Positions 13,145 to 26,747 are shown, counted from the whole stretch's first letter. The stretch: 63,653 nucleotides of DNA, filler included, from Lama guanicoe (GCA_013239625.1; 178 parts of 178 records of this genome joined end to end with filler, not necessarily neighbours in it); one strand, 5' to 3'. Notes: generated by a model from the sequence alone, not told the origin. Made by a program: numbers and translations.

Positions 13145-13961
13145 NNNNNNNNNNNNNNNNNNNNNNNNNNNNNNNNNNNNNNNNNNNNTTAATTAATTAA
13201 NNNNNNNNNNNNNNNNNNNNNNNNNNNNNNNNNNNNNNNNNNNNGGCGGCTTCACACGAAAGGCAGGTGTATATATCATACATGCCCACACGTTTGTATG
13301 CACACACACGTGGACACACACAGAGTATATTATGTGACTTGTAAAGACTGCCCATGCTAGGTTTCCCACTTCCTCTGATCTCAGCGTTAACCTTTCCCTG
13401 GCCATGCACCCAGGTTTGCTACGAGTTTTCTTTCCAATGGAACATGCCCTCCACTTCAGAAACTTTCCCCACTTCTTTCAATGATATTAGGGGAAGAGCA
13501 GGNNNNNNNNNNNNNNNNNNNNNNNNNNNNNNNNNNNNNNNNNNNNTTAATTAATTAANNNNNNNNNNNNNNNNNNNNNNNNNNNNNNNNNNNNNNNNNN
13601 NNTTTTTTTTCTCCCCAATACTATGATTATTTAACTTTACTTTAGCAAAAACAGAATATTCTTTTGCTTTGCTCACCTATCCATAAAAACATCTTTAAAA
13701 GGAAGAAAACAGAGAAAGAAAATTGACCACCATGCTATGGTCCAGCCTGGAGCTAAAGCCCCAGCATTTTCTGTGCAGTGCTTGTAAGAAACCACTCTTT
13801 GCTAGCATGATCGGAATCATTACAGGCAAGGAGGAAGCAGTGCAGGATAACAGAGAGAGANNNNNNNNNNNNNNNNNNNNNNNNNNNNNNNNNNNNNNNN
13901 NNNNTTAATTAATTAANNNNNNNNNNNNNNNNNNNNNNNNNNNNNNNNNNNNNNNNNNNNG

Positions 13962-14216
<255 letters not shown>

Positions 14217-14318
14217 TCNNNNNNNNNNNNNNNNNNNNNNNNNNNNNNNNNNNNNNNNNNNNTTAATTAATTAANNNNNNNNNNNNNNNNNNNNNNNNNN
14301 NNNNNNNNNNNNNNNNNN

Positions 14319-14576
14319 GAGACACATTATTTTTTCAAAAATACCCCAACAATCCAATTTGAAAATGGGCACAAGGTCTGAATAGCCTTTGTTTTCAAAG
14401 AAGACGTGTGGGTGGCCAACAGGTACATGAAGGGAAGCGCGACATCATTAATCATCAGACAAATGCAAGTGAGAGCTACAATCAGATGTCGCTTCACACC
14501 TGTTGGGGTGACTGTCATCAAAAGGACAAGAAATCAAGTGTGAGCAAGGATATGGAATAAAGGGACCCCTTGTGCA
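14319..14576 (+). mobile_element. LINE1 ORF2 3' fragment (decayed)
   Basis: aaaatgggcacaagg...caaagaagac...ccaacaggtacatgaa...catcattaatcatcag. Confidence 0.9.
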
Positions 14577-15034
14577 NNNNNNNNNNNNNNNNNNNNNNNN
14601 NNNNNNNNNNNNNNNNNNNNTTAATTAATTAANNNNNNNNNNNNNNNNNNNNNNNNNNNNNNNNNNNNNNNNNNNNATATAGCAGGTGACACAGAAGAGC
14701 ATTTAGTTTACTGTTTGAATTAAAATACATAACATTTTGAAGATTTCTCCAAATACGTTCCTTGTCGATGGAAATAGTAACTAAAATAATGTCACACTTT
14801 GATGTCTGTATGCTACGTGGCTAAGTCTTGTCAGCTGAGGCTGCGGATGAGAACTAGAGGCCCCCTGATGATCGAAAGTCCATTAAGCTGTCAAGTTCAA
14901 GACTCCTAGTGCAGAATCGAAGGGAGCCATAGAGNNNNNNNNNNNNNNNNNNNNNNNNNNNNNNNNNNNNNNNNNNNNTTAATTAATTAANNNNNNNNNN
15001 NNNNNNNNNNNNNNNNNNNNNNNNNNNNNNNNNN

Positions 15035-15292
15035 ACACCAGCAGTTCCATCACGTAAGACATTTCCCTTAAATGTCCTTTGTACCTGTAGTTACTGTCTT
15101 TGTACATCCAGCAGTAATCTATTTTCAGGTTCCGATGGTTTCGCCTATTCTAGAATATTATATAAATAAAATTACACGATAGATAGTATTATGACTTTGG
15201 CTTCTTTCACTTAATGCATTTGAAATTCATTTGTGCTACTGAGTGTATCACTAGTTTGTCATTTTTGTTGTGTAGTAGTATTCCATAGTGTA
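15035..15292 (-). mobile_element. Old LINE1 3' UTR
   Basis: cctattctagaatatt...tggcttctttcactt...gtagtattccat. Confidence 0.75.
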
Positions 15293-17182
15293 NNNNNNNN
15301 NNNNNNNNNNNNNNNNNNNNNNNNNNNNNNNNNNNNTTAATTAATTAANNNNNNNNNNNNNNNNNNNNNNNNNNNNNNNNNNNNNNNNNNNNTCACTCCT
15401 TTAGTTCAAACATTTGATGCTTAGAGCTACTTGCATTCATACAAGCTATACTTTTTAAGAAATTACTTGTCCATTTTGTTGCACTTTCATTAAATGGATT
15501 GGTTTACCCAATTTCCTTACCTGAAAAATGTTTTCTTTTTAAATACAACATTTAAACTAATACTAGATGGTATTTTATGCATTTTATTCAATATAAAATG
15601 CATAAAATTTTACTCTAAAGAAAATTTTGTATTTGTTTGGAATTTTTTTTNNNNNNNNNNNNNNNNNNNNNNNNNNNNNNNNNNNNNNNNNNNNTTAATT
15701 AATTAANNNNNNNNNNNNNNNNNNNNNNNNNNNNNNNNNNNNNNNNNNNNTCTGATAGTCTTGAAGAAAGACTAGACTTTAGGGCATTTCCACTTCTCCT
15801 TTTAAATTTTCTTGTGATTGCAAGCTGGCGACTCCTGGATATATGCCTAGTCTAGATCTATTAAGGTCAAAAGGAGGATGTTTCCTATTTTTTTCCATAA
15901 TGCTTATTACTCTGCTCACGGAAAAACTAAATGTTAGACTAGTTTATATCAATTCTAATAAATTAATTGAACAATCACGAACAAGTTTTCAACGTTTTGA
16001 GTTAACCANNNNNNNNNNNNNNNNNNNNNNNNNNNNNNNNNNNNNNNNNNNNTTAATTAATTAANNNNNNNNNNNNNNNNNNNNNNNNNNNNNNNNNNNN
16101 NNNNNNNNTCATTTGCATGTAATGCTATGAGTAATATAGGATTTAATATACTCTTTTGCTATTTGTTTTCTTTCTGTCCCGTCTATTCTTTGCTCCTTTT
16201 TTCTCCCTTTTCCACTTAAAAAAATTAGTATTCCATTTTATCCACTATTAGCTTATTAGATACACACACTTTTTCTTTTGTAGCAGTTGTTCTACAGTTT
16301 ATAAGATACATATTTTATAATTGTCTACCTTTAAATAATTTTATAACACTTCCTATATATTTTGAGNNNNNNNNNNNNNNNNNNNNNNNNNNNNNNNNNN
16401 NNNNNNNNNNTTAATTAATTAANNNNNNNNNNNNNNNNNNNNNNNNNNNNNNNNNNNNNNNNNNNNCTGTTCCTTGTTTCAGCTGAACCTGCATTAGGTG
16501 CCAGCCTTTAAAAAACAGAAGTTTACACATAAAAATCCTAATATCTAGCTGCTCTTAAAAAAGTCCGGAGATTCCCATATGACCGTGATCACGGTGCTGA
16601 GTAGGGCTGCTCCTTTCAGACGGGGCCGTGCTCTGTAGTTTGTTTGCTGTGGTCCCCACTGCCCTGTCCCCTCTCCCCGCCCTGCAGTGAGTGGCTCTTC
16701 CTGTGGACTTTGATTTGCACCACTNNNNNNNNNNNNNNNNNNNNNNNNNNNNNNNNNNNNNNNNNNNNTTAATTAATTAANNNNNNNNNNNNNNNNNNNN
16801 NNNNNNNNNNNNNNNNNNNNNNNNTTAGACAGAAGAAATTCATCAATCCTCCATTGCAGACGTCACTGTAGCATTGAAAGTCTAACTCAAAGAGCAGCCA
16901 TTGTTTTTCTGATCAAAACATTCAGGCTGTAACTTGAGAGATGTTTTAGTCATCAATTTTTTAGGGAGCCATAGACTCTTTAAAAAAACACTTGTCCCCG
17001 GTCTGCTCCTGAATTAGAGGAATGGGTACATACTTAATAAAGAAGTTAAGAAGGCACAATGATCTTTATAAATCTTAGGGTGNNNNNNNNNNNNNNNNNN
17101 NNNNNNNNNNNNNNNNNNNNNNNNNNTTAATTAATTAANNNNNNNNNNNNNNNNNNNNNNNNNNNNNNNNNNNNNNNNNNNN

Positions 17183-17263
17183 TATGGGACATAATAAATC
17201 TAAGTACTTACTGCTTATCTGAAATTCAAATTTAACTGTCCTGTATTTTATCCAACAACACTG
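17183..17263. mobile_element. hAT MITE (MER53-like) right half
   Basis: gggacata...ttatctgaaattcaaatttaactg tcctgtattttatc matches the recalled palindromic MER53 consensus. Confidence 0.7.
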
Positions 17264-18614
17264 CTCAGAGGATACTGGATTACCTTGTGCTCCTTTTCAA
17301 AATCAGTGGACTGACTTGCCTGAGTGGCAGTCTGTCAGCAAACAGATGAAGCTGAGAACAGTATGGTGCATATTCTGCACTGTCAGTGTTTTGTTTGAAA
17401 TTTGAGGATATGTTTTAGGATTTGCAGGCTTCCAAGATCTNNNNNNNNNNNNNNNNNNNNNNNNNNNNNNNNNNNNNNNNNNNNTTAATTAATTAANNNN
17501 NNNNNNNNNNNNNNNNNNNNNNNNNNNNNNNNNNNNNNNNAAAAAAAAAAAGGAAAGAAAGAGAGAAAGAAACTGGTATTGCAAGGTGTAGATGAAGGCA
17601 TGTCCAAGCTACAATTTAATTATACTTTGTATATAGGATACTTTTTTCCTGGTGAATGACGTGGGATTCTTTTTGTTTCTAAGCTCTCAGTCACTCACTT
17701 ACTACAATTATGGCGTTATCTTAATAATACAAGAGATGACTGTTTTTCAAGAAGTTTAAAATGTTTGTTCTCAGACCATAAGTTAAATGTTAGATTCANN
17801 NNNNNNNNNNNNNNNNNNNNNNNNNNNNNNNNNNNNNNNNNNTTAATTAATTAANNNNNNNNNNNNNNNNNNNNNNNNNNNNNNNNNNNNNNNNNNNNTG
17901 TTCTGTTCCTCTCTGTACTATAGAATATGTTTCGTGTAGTTTGGCATTTTGCTTGTGAACACATTTGATAGAGAAATTAGATAGATAACAGTACCACTTC
18001 TCAGGTATTTCTACTCTGGACAGCAGCATTCTTATTAAGAAATACAACCTGTTACTATAACAATATGGCAGTAAAAATGCATCTCAGCACTTCCAGACTT
18101 TCCTGTTACTTTGTGCCCTTTGTAAGTGGGCCTGGCAGCTACCTCTTCAGTTACATNNNNNNNNNNNNNNNNNNNNNNNNNNNNNNNNNNNNNNNNNNNN
18201 TTAATTAATTAANNNNNNNNNNNNNNNNNNNNNNNNNNNNNNNNNNNNNNNNNNNNTTTTTGTGAATAACACACTTCACTTGACCATTTTAGGAACCACA
18301 CTTGTCGACACTAAATACTGATGATATTTCTGGGAAGAAATGTTTAATTGGCATAAAGCTTAAAAAAACACATTGAAAATGATAACAGCTAGTGAATTTT
18401 TATTCCTTGCATCTACAGAACACCTTCCCATCAGAGCTCGGATGGTTTTTTAATTCCCTCTTGGTCCTTGGATGGACTTTAAAATAAAAAGTCATTTACG
18501 AGTCAATACATGATNNNNNNNNNNNNNNNNNNNNNNNNNNNNNNNNNNNNNNNNNNNNTTAATTAATTAANNNNNNNNNNNNNNNNNNNNNNNNNNNNNN
18601 NNNNNNNNNNNNNN

Positions 18615-18841
18615 TTTTTTTAAAGATAAACAAAATTTACAATCCTTCAGCCAGGCTGATTAAGAAAGAAAGAGAACTCAAATTAACAAAATAAAGAAAT
18701 GAAAAAGGAGAAATTACAACTGACTTCACAGAAATAAAAACAACCGTAAGAGAATACCACAAACAGTTATATGACAACATACTGGACAACCTAGAAGAAA
18801 TGGATCAGACTGATGCTACTATTGAAACTGAATCAGAAATA
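18615..18841 (+). mobile_element. LINE1 ORF2 fragment followed by (AAC)n
   Basis: aagataaacaaaatt...gaaatgaaaaaggagaaattacaactgac...ctggacaacctagaagaaatgga; AAC repeat at 18843-18872. Confidence 0.9.
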
Positions 18842-20448
18842 ATAACAACAACAACAATAACAACAACAACAANNNNNNNNNNNNNNNNNNNNNNNNNNNN
18901 NNNNNNNNNNNNNNNNTTAATTAATTAANNNNNNNNNNNNNNNNNNNNNNNNNNNNNNNNNNNNNNNNNNNNAGAGGAGAGTGGCTATTTTTATCTCTAC
19001 CCAGACTGCATGTTCTCTCCACAGAGCTGCTTTCTGATTAACAGAGAAATAACTTAAGAATTAATTATCTTAATAAAATGTGCACCCCCCAAATAAATGC
19101 AATATAATGTCTATATAGGTATATATAATCTATACACATATCCAAACCAAACTAACAACAATAATAAGTTATTTAGTAAACCCTATGCACAGACATTTTG
19201 ATAATTCTTTATACACGTTTCTCATTGAATNNNNNNNNNNNNNNNNNNNNNNNNNNNNNNNNNNNNNNNNNNNNTTAATTAATTAANNNNNNNNNNNNNN
19301 NNNNNNNNNNNNNNNNNNNNNNNNNNNNNNGCAGGTACTTGGAAGCTGCTGAAGGATTTTAAATAGGGAGAGGCAAGATTGTATCGGTGCTCCTAGAATA
19401 TTGCTCTGAGTGGGAAGTGGATCCGAAGCCCAAATCTAAGGGGTGGGAAGATGAATTAAATTGAGATGAGAATTATTGTGAGGTAGAATGAGATAGAAGT
19501 TAGAGGAACGCTGTTGACGGGGATGTGGATTTTAGTAACGTTTCGATTTCTAGTGAATCACTTACATTAACCACTATGACTGAAGTTTNNNNNNNNNNNN
19601 NNNNNNNNNNNNNNNNNNNNNNNNNNNNNNNNTTAATTAATTAANNNNNNNNNNNNNNNNNNNNNNNNNNNNNNNNNNNNNNNNNNNNTTCTTTCCTTTC
19701 TTTCTCTCTCCCTCTATCCTTCCCTCCCTCCCTCTCTCTTTCTCTAGACACTCAAGTGGGAATTTTTACAAAACCATATATTATGCTCTGTTAATGAGCT
19801 TAATAAGATACTAAGAGGAAGCAGATTGTCTGTGGCAGAACCAAACTTTTCAAGGTGACACAGAGGAGGACAGCCTTGGGTGCCAGGCACAGAAGCTGGA
19901 GCTGGCTGGTTGGCTGGACCAGTTCTGCTGCAGCATTTCTAATGCTNNNNNNNNNNNNNNNNNNNNNNNNNNNNNNNNNNNNNNNNNNNNTTAATTAATT
20001 AANNNNNNNNNNNNNNNNNNNNNNNNNNNNNNNNNNNNNNNNNNNNCCCACGGTACAGAGCCAGGCACCCCTGGAAAACGATGACCGATCTTTGCAAAGT
20101 CACTGGAGGGCCCACAGGCCTGGGATCACATACAGCCTACTGCCCTAAGTGAACAGGGAATTAAAAATCAAAGACTGTAAGAAGCAAGTAATAGGGAATG
20201 TCAAAAGAGGGGGAAAGTACTGTGCTAGATGAATTCCTGATAATCTCTGAATATCCAAGAACTTACAAACTAAGACTGTGAAAGACAGCGTCTTCTCAGG
20301 GAACNNNNNNNNNNNNNNNNNNNNNNNNNNNNNNNNNNNNNNNNNNNNTTAATTAATTAANNNNNNNNNNNNNNNNNNNNNNNNNNNNNNNNNNNNNNNN
20401 NNNNTTTCTTCAAACCTTTCACAAAGCCGAGGCATAGTATACTGTATG

Positions 20449-20480
<32 letters not shown>

Positions 20481-21184
20481 ACTACAGAAGCTCCCCTTCC
20501 TCCCCTAGCTGGGGGCCGAAGGACATTGATGTGGCTGCAGGAAAGGGGGCTCTGAGGCTCACGCTCGAGGTCCTGCCATCCTGATTTCCTCCCCTTAGAG
20601 GAGATCACAGGACGTGCTCACATCTACTGCAGAGACCAGCAGTGGCTCCCAGGTGCTGGAGTNNNNNNNNNNNNNNNNNNNNNNNNNNNNNNNNNNNNNN
20701 NNNNNNTTAATTAATTAANNNNNNNNNNNNNNNNNNNNNNNNNNNNNNNNNNNNNNNNNNNNTCAAACCAGATCTGTGCCAGTCAGGCAGAAGGCGTGGC
20801 ATCTGTCAATCACTGATGAAAAAAGAAAGCCAGGCGTCAGCTATTCGCTTAAGTAGAACACATTCGAGCTCTTCCTAAATCTGCTGGTCTCCCTTTGGCT
20901 GCATCATATTGAAAAAAACAAAACAAAACAAAACAAAATACGTGGAAAGCATTTGTACACCTTTAGTGTGAAGGTAGCAAGAATCATATATTGTCACTTT
21001 TTCTGAAAGCCACCAGACGANNNNNNNNNNNNNNNNNNNNNNNNNNNNNNNNNNNNNNNNNNNNTTAATTAATTAANNNNNNNNNNNNNNNNNNNNNNNN
21101 NNNNNNNNNNNNNNNNNNNNGTTTATCTTCCGCTGCTATTATTTTCCTCTTTACCAGTAATCCTAAAATGTATGTTATTTAAAC

Positions 21185-21378
21185 CAGGGGTTAGGAAACC
21201 GTAGCCCAGGGAGTTGTTATGGGTTGAATCGTGTTCTCCAAAAAGACTTGTTGGAGTCCTAACTCGTGGTCCTTGTGATCTTATTTGGAAATAGGTGGGC
21301 CCTACTCCTTATAAAAAGAGGAAAAGAGACACAGAGACAGACACAGGGAGAACACCATGTGACAGTAGAGACAGAGAT
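21185..21378 (+). mobile_element. hAT MITE terminus (MER58-like, 21185-21213) followed by an MLT1B-like LTR (from 21215)
   Basis: caggggttaggaaaccgtagccc, then TGTTATGGGTTGAATCGTGT...ttatttggaaatagg. Confidence 0.75.
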
Positions 21379-22194
21379 NNNNNNNNNNNNNNNNNNNNNN
21401 NNNNNNNNNNNNNNNNNNNNNNTTAATTAATTAANNNNNNNNNNNNNNNNNNNNNNNNNNNNNNNNNNNNNNNNNNNNGTGACCTTTTCATGAGCCTCTG
21501 TCCTTTTCCTAGGAGGGTGCTCCAAGCGCAGCCTCACCAGTTCTCATCAGCTGAGGATGTCACTTACATTTGGCCTGTACCTGCCAGCGGACCCTCATCC
21601 CAGCTGAATTCTGCATCCTCAGCTGCGCCCCATCTGCTCCTCACTAGGATGTCTAGAACCATCCTAGTACCTTTGCCATTGGCCTAAAACCAACCCAACT
21701 CCTCCACTTAAAACAGCCTGAGGCATAAGTTTTTTTNNNNNNNNNNNNNNNNNNNNNNNNNNNNNNNNNNNNNNNNNNNNTTAATTAATTAANNNNNNNN
21801 NNNNNNNNNNNNNNNNNNNNNNNNNNNNNNNNNNNNCTGGAAATAAATGGTGGTGAGGGCTGCACAACCGTGAGTGTGCAGAAGAATGCTGAGCACTGTC
21901 CCTGGGAGTGCCTGTTGTTTGGGCGTCTTTATTTTGTTCTCACCCTGCAATGTAAAGTGTCATCTTGTGCTGAGGCCGTTCTACCCGTGTGAGTGGTGAG
22001 ACTCAGAGACTTTTTAGTCATGTTTCTATTTTCCCCCTTGCTATATGTAGGCAAAAAAGGTTTAAGCCTGAGAAAGTGCTCCATCTGCAGAAATNNNNNN
22101 NNNNNNNNNNNNNNNNNNNNNNNNNNNNNNNNNNNNNNTTAATTAATTAANNNNNNNNNNNNNNNNNNNNNNNNNNNNNNNNNNNNNNNNNNNN

Positions 22195-22403
22195 AATAAT
22201 CTGTGATCACCAGGGCAATGAAAAAGTGGAACTGTATAAAGCAACCTAGCAAGGAAATGGTTCTTCTCTTGGACAAGAGATTAAGCAGCATCTGAGGAGT
22301 GACATTGGTGACATAACAGAGATCTACAAAGGAGAGGTGGCTGATGAAGAAGTACATTGGAGTGTGAAGTTTTGAGTCAGTTCTGATTAAGAAAATCATG
22401 CTC
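22195..22403 (-). pseudogene. Class II olfactory receptor, OR5M-like (end of TM1 to TM3), interrupted by L1
   Basis: [69 protein letters not shown] contains the LHTPMYFF and LSFVD motifs. The expected upstream GN codons are replaced by L1 sequence. Confidence 0.88.
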
Positions 22404-22451
22404 AAACAGCCTAAATGTCCATCAACAGGTGACTGGATAAAGAAGATGTGG
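22404..22451 (+). mobile_element. 5'-truncated LINE1 junction (ORF2 end), antisense to the OR
   Basis: aaacagcctaaatgtccatcaacaggtgactggataaagaagatgtgg is the canonical L1 ORF2 C-terminal sequence. Confidence 0.9.
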
Positions 22452-23625
22452 NNNNNNNNNNNNNNNNNNNNNNNNNNNNNNNNNNNNNNNNNNNNTTAAT
22501 TAATTAANNNNNNNNNNNNNNNNNNNNNNNNNNNNNNNNNNNNNNNNNNNNAAATTATCACCACATGCTCAGTTCTAAGAGATACGTGTGTGTGAAAGCC
22601 TTACTTCACATAGCTTGTTGGGATCACAAAGTTTCTTTTAAGTTGGGAACCACACTTTTTACACATATATGTGGTGGTGCCATCTCCAACTCGGGTTTTT
22701 ATTGAAAACTGCAGGAATTTCAAACTAGTAGTACAAAACAGGCTGAGAAACCAGAGAAAGTGTTTCTCCTGCAACCCGTTCACTCTGTGCTAGATGAATG
22801 AACGTCTCCNNNNNNNNNNNNNNNNNNNNNNNNNNNNNNNNNNNNNNNNNNNNTTAATTAATTAANNNNNNNNNNNNNNNNNNNNNNNNNNNNNNNNNNN
22901 NNNNNNNNNATACCTGAGAAGAGCCAATGGGAAAAAGCGTGAAGTGTTCTGTTCACGACGTTGTTCTAACACCCCTTTGTTTACACTAGGCATTCAGGGT
23001 GAAGTTATGACTCTGAGGAAAGGCATGAGACCTGGTTGGGCCGCACCTGGGAGCATGTGTCACTCATGCCTGAGCTAGATATGCACGCCAGCCCGGGTCA
23101 CTGCCAGGGGCTTAGCCAGCAACTGAGGCAGCCCTGCGGTATAACTGCACTGACAAACTCTGGCCACNNNNNNNNNNNNNNNNNNNNNNNNNNNNNNNNN
23201 NNNNNNNNNNNTTAATTAATTAANNNNNNNNNNNNNNNNNNNNNNNNNNNNNNNNNNNNNNNNNNNNCACTTTTGAGGCATGCTTCTTAATCAGTTGTTA
23301 TTTTTTCTCTTATCTTCAGAGTTATTTTTCCATACCTGTCCAAGAATTAAAAAATCAGCAATTATATATTCCTGTCAAATAATTTTCTCTTAGGCAATTC
23401 CTTATTTCACAGTATATATTGTGTTCTTCTTGGGTTCTATTTTTCTCTTCTCCCTAGATGTGACTGCTTGCTGTCAAGCTGGTAATTCAAATGCTGACAG
23501 TGGCCAGACTGACAAGGTAAATGTCNNNNNNNNNNNNNNNNNNNNNNNNNNNNNNNNNNNNNNNNNNNNTTAATTAATTAANNNNNNNNNNNNNNNNNNN
23601 NNNNNNNNNNNNNNNNNNNNNNNNN

Positions 23626-23883
23626 AGGGAAAAAGCTACGAGAAAAAACCCACAAGAGCAAACAGACACAGCGAATTGTGGGACAATATCAAGTGGTATA
23701 AATATGTGTAATTGCAGTCATAGGAAGAAAAATATTTCAAAGGGTAGTGAATGAAAAACCTCCTTTTTGATGAAACCTACAAACCTAATTATCTAAGGAG
23801 CTAAATGAAGTAGAATAAACACACACCCCCCACCAACAAAAACCAAAAAGGAACATAACTTTAAAAATTGTTGGAAGCTAGTA
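23626..23883 (+). mobile_element. Old LINE1 ORF1-region fragment
   Basis: tgtgggacaatatcaagtgg...gtgtaattgcagtc...aaaatatttcaa; A-rich. Confidence 0.65.
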
Positions 23884-23983
23884 NNNNNNNNNNNNNNNNN
23901 NNNNNNNNNNNNNNNNNNNNNNNNNNNTTAATTAATTAANNNNNNNNNNNNNNNNNNNNNNNNNNNNNNNNNNNNNNNNNNNN

Positions 23984-24095
23984 TTCTCCCCAGATTGCTG
24001 GCCTTCTGATTAAAGCAAACTGTCCTTTCTACCAACACTTGCCTCTAGAGTATTGGCTTTCAAGCAGGGAGCATCGAGACCTGAGCTGGGTAACA
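23984..24095 (+). mobile_element. ERV LTR 3' end (R/U5)
   Basis: attaaagcaaactgtcctttc...tattggcttt...ctgggtaaCA; poly(A)-signal variant and CA terminus. Confidence 0.65.
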
Positions 24096-25856
24096 TGTAT
24101 ACTGTCTGAATTTACAAAGAATTATTAGAATCTATGAGCAAATTAGATAACTGCAGTGTAAGCTCTGGCTGTTTGTTCGTTTGTTTTGTAACGCTAGTGC
24201 TTGACTTAAGCTTTCTTTGCCCAGGCATCCATGTCAAAGAGNNNNNNNNNNNNNNNNNNNNNNNNNNNNNNNNNNNNNNNNNNNNTTAATTAATTAANNN
24301 NNNNNNNNNNNNNNNNNNNNNNNNNNNNNNNNNNNNNNNNNTTGGACAAGTCCCTGCCCTCTGCACGGCCTGGCACTGCCCCAGGACAGGCATAACCGAT
24401 TTGAAGTCTGCCCCTGTCCCAGGGTCTATGGGAGCTGGACCGACTCGAGGCCCTCCTGACATCCCTGTGGAACAGCCTCATCTGCACAGGCTCACTCCTC
24501 TCCTTCAGCCCATGTCGGGGGAGCCAGGCCCACCCCGTCCTGGACAGAGAACAAGAGGTGGCAGTGAGCATTAGAAGCAGGACAGCACCCGAATCAGAAN
24601 NNNNNNNNNNNNNNNNNNNNNNNNNNNNNNNNNNNNNNNNNNNTTAATTAATTAANNNNNNNNNNNNNNNNNNNNNNNNNNNNNNNNNNNNNNNNNNNNT
24701 AAAGTGACCGGCCACACCTAGCAGATCAGGAAATTTATACTGGGACATTATCCAGGAAGTGCCACATTGGGTGTCCCACTCCAGAGAGAGTTCTGGATCT
24801 GGAAGATGTCAGCTGATGGCAAATAGGAGAAACAGAGGCTGTAGCTCCAGATGGACAGCTGGACCTAAGATGGGTGAGATGGTGTAGCTCAGGGCGTTAC
24901 CTGCTGTGCCCACAATTTCTTTGAAGAGTTCCAGCTAAAGGGTTAGGGTTACTAAAGNNNNNNNNNNNNNNNNNNNNNNNNNNNNNNNNNNNNNNNNNNN
25001 NTTAATTAATTAANNNNNNNNNNNNNNNNNNNNNNNNNNNNNNNNNNNNNNNNNNNNTGTTCTGTACAGTAAGCTGAACATTTCAGATATGCAACATGGT
25101 GAATTTTATTAGGTGTTTAAACCAGTGAAACCACCGCCACAATCAAGGGAGCGAACATTTCCATCACCAAGGAGCATTATTTTTGCTTCTCTCAAACATC
25201 ACTGAGTTCCAGTCCTTTTTATAGCTTTTCATAAAAGATAAAAAGACTTTTTTTCCCCAGAACCATTTATTCTCTGCAGGAATTGAAGCCAAGTAAAGAC
25301 CTGGCTGAGTTCATGNNNNNNNNNNNNNNNNNNNNNNNNNNNNNNNNNNNNNNNNNNNNTTAATTAATTAANNNNNNNNNNNNNNNNNNNNNNNNNNNNN
25401 NNNNNNNNNNNNNNNCTATCGTAATCCCCAAAACAGTGCACAGACGGCTGACGGCTCACACTGTAAGTCCCACAGTTGGAGAAATTTTTTTAAAACAATG
25501 GTGTTAAAGAGCCCACTCTTAATTGAGACAAATAATGTTGGCTTCTGAGCTGCTGACATAGAGCTGTTGCAAACAGGACAAGGTGATGGAAGTCCGTGGT
25601 GCGCACAGCAAGAACTTGATACTTGGCCACGTTCAGCAGGCTGTCTGGGGAAGGTCATGGCCCGGCCTCTTCCNNNNNNNNNNNNNNNNNNNNNNNNNNN
25701 NNNNNNNNNNNNNNNNNTTAATTAATTAANNNNNNNNNNNNNNNNNNNNNNNNNNNNNNNNNNNNNNNNNNNNCCAGGCCCCGCCGCCCGCTCACCGCCC
25801 GCCCGGGGCTCCGGGGCTCGGCCTCCCGCGAGACGGACGGCCTCGGCGCGTACTTA

Positions 25857-26018
<162 letters not shown>

Positions 26019-26489
26019 TCAGTGCGGCCGCNNNNNNNNNNNNNNNNNNNNNNNNNNNNNNNNNNNNNNNNNNNNTTAATTAATTAANNNNNNNNNNNNN
26101 NNNNNNNNNNNNNNNNNNNNNNNNNNNNNNNAAAGTGTCTTCAAGGTTCCCCGCCCCCCCAAGGAGGTTCAGTAGTGGTACTTGAAGATGACCGCTCTCT
26201 GCCCAAGGCCTCAGATAAAGAGACCTAGGAATGAAGGGCCTGAGCTCAGAATGCAAAACTGTGAAAGAGTGTAGCCAGCAGGAGGGACCTGAGACCTTGA
26301 CTCAGCTCCCCCAAGAGACTTCCACCCATTTCCCTCGAGACCCAACAATTAAAGCCTTTGCCATTGTCTGTAGTTGGGCCTGAAAAATCNNNNNNNNNNN
26401 NNNNNNNNNNNNNNNNNNNNNNNNNNNNNNNNNTTAATTAATTAANNNNNNNNNNNNNNNNNNNNNNNNNNNNNNNNNNNNNNNNNNNN

Positions 26490-26747
26490 TTGTGCCCATT
26501 GGCGCGGCTGCGGCACGTCCCTCCGCGTCCCTCACTCTAGAAGCGCGGACATTTCCGCTGGTGGTGGTCGCGGGTGAGCGGGGCCCCGGGAGCCGAGGCT
26601 GTGGCTGGGGCTTCGGGGCGGACGGGGGCTCGGCGCTATGGAGACGCGCTAAGCAGCCTGCGGGGTGCGCGGTTCTCCAGCGCTCTGGCCTCGCGGCCCG
26701 CCGGCCGTCACAGTCCACCGCTGCCCGCACCCGCGGAGCCCCTGCCC
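26490..26747 (+). promoter_or_regulatory. CpG-island promoter with a candidate short first exon and donor
   Basis: CpG-rich. Reverse CCAAT (attgg near 26498), ETS-like atttccg near 26551, and donor CGG/GTGAGC at 26574. Confidence 0.55.

Noticed and set aside
24940..24951. gggttagggtta telomere-like sequence
   Set aside because: Only about two units, which is not an interstitial telomeric array.
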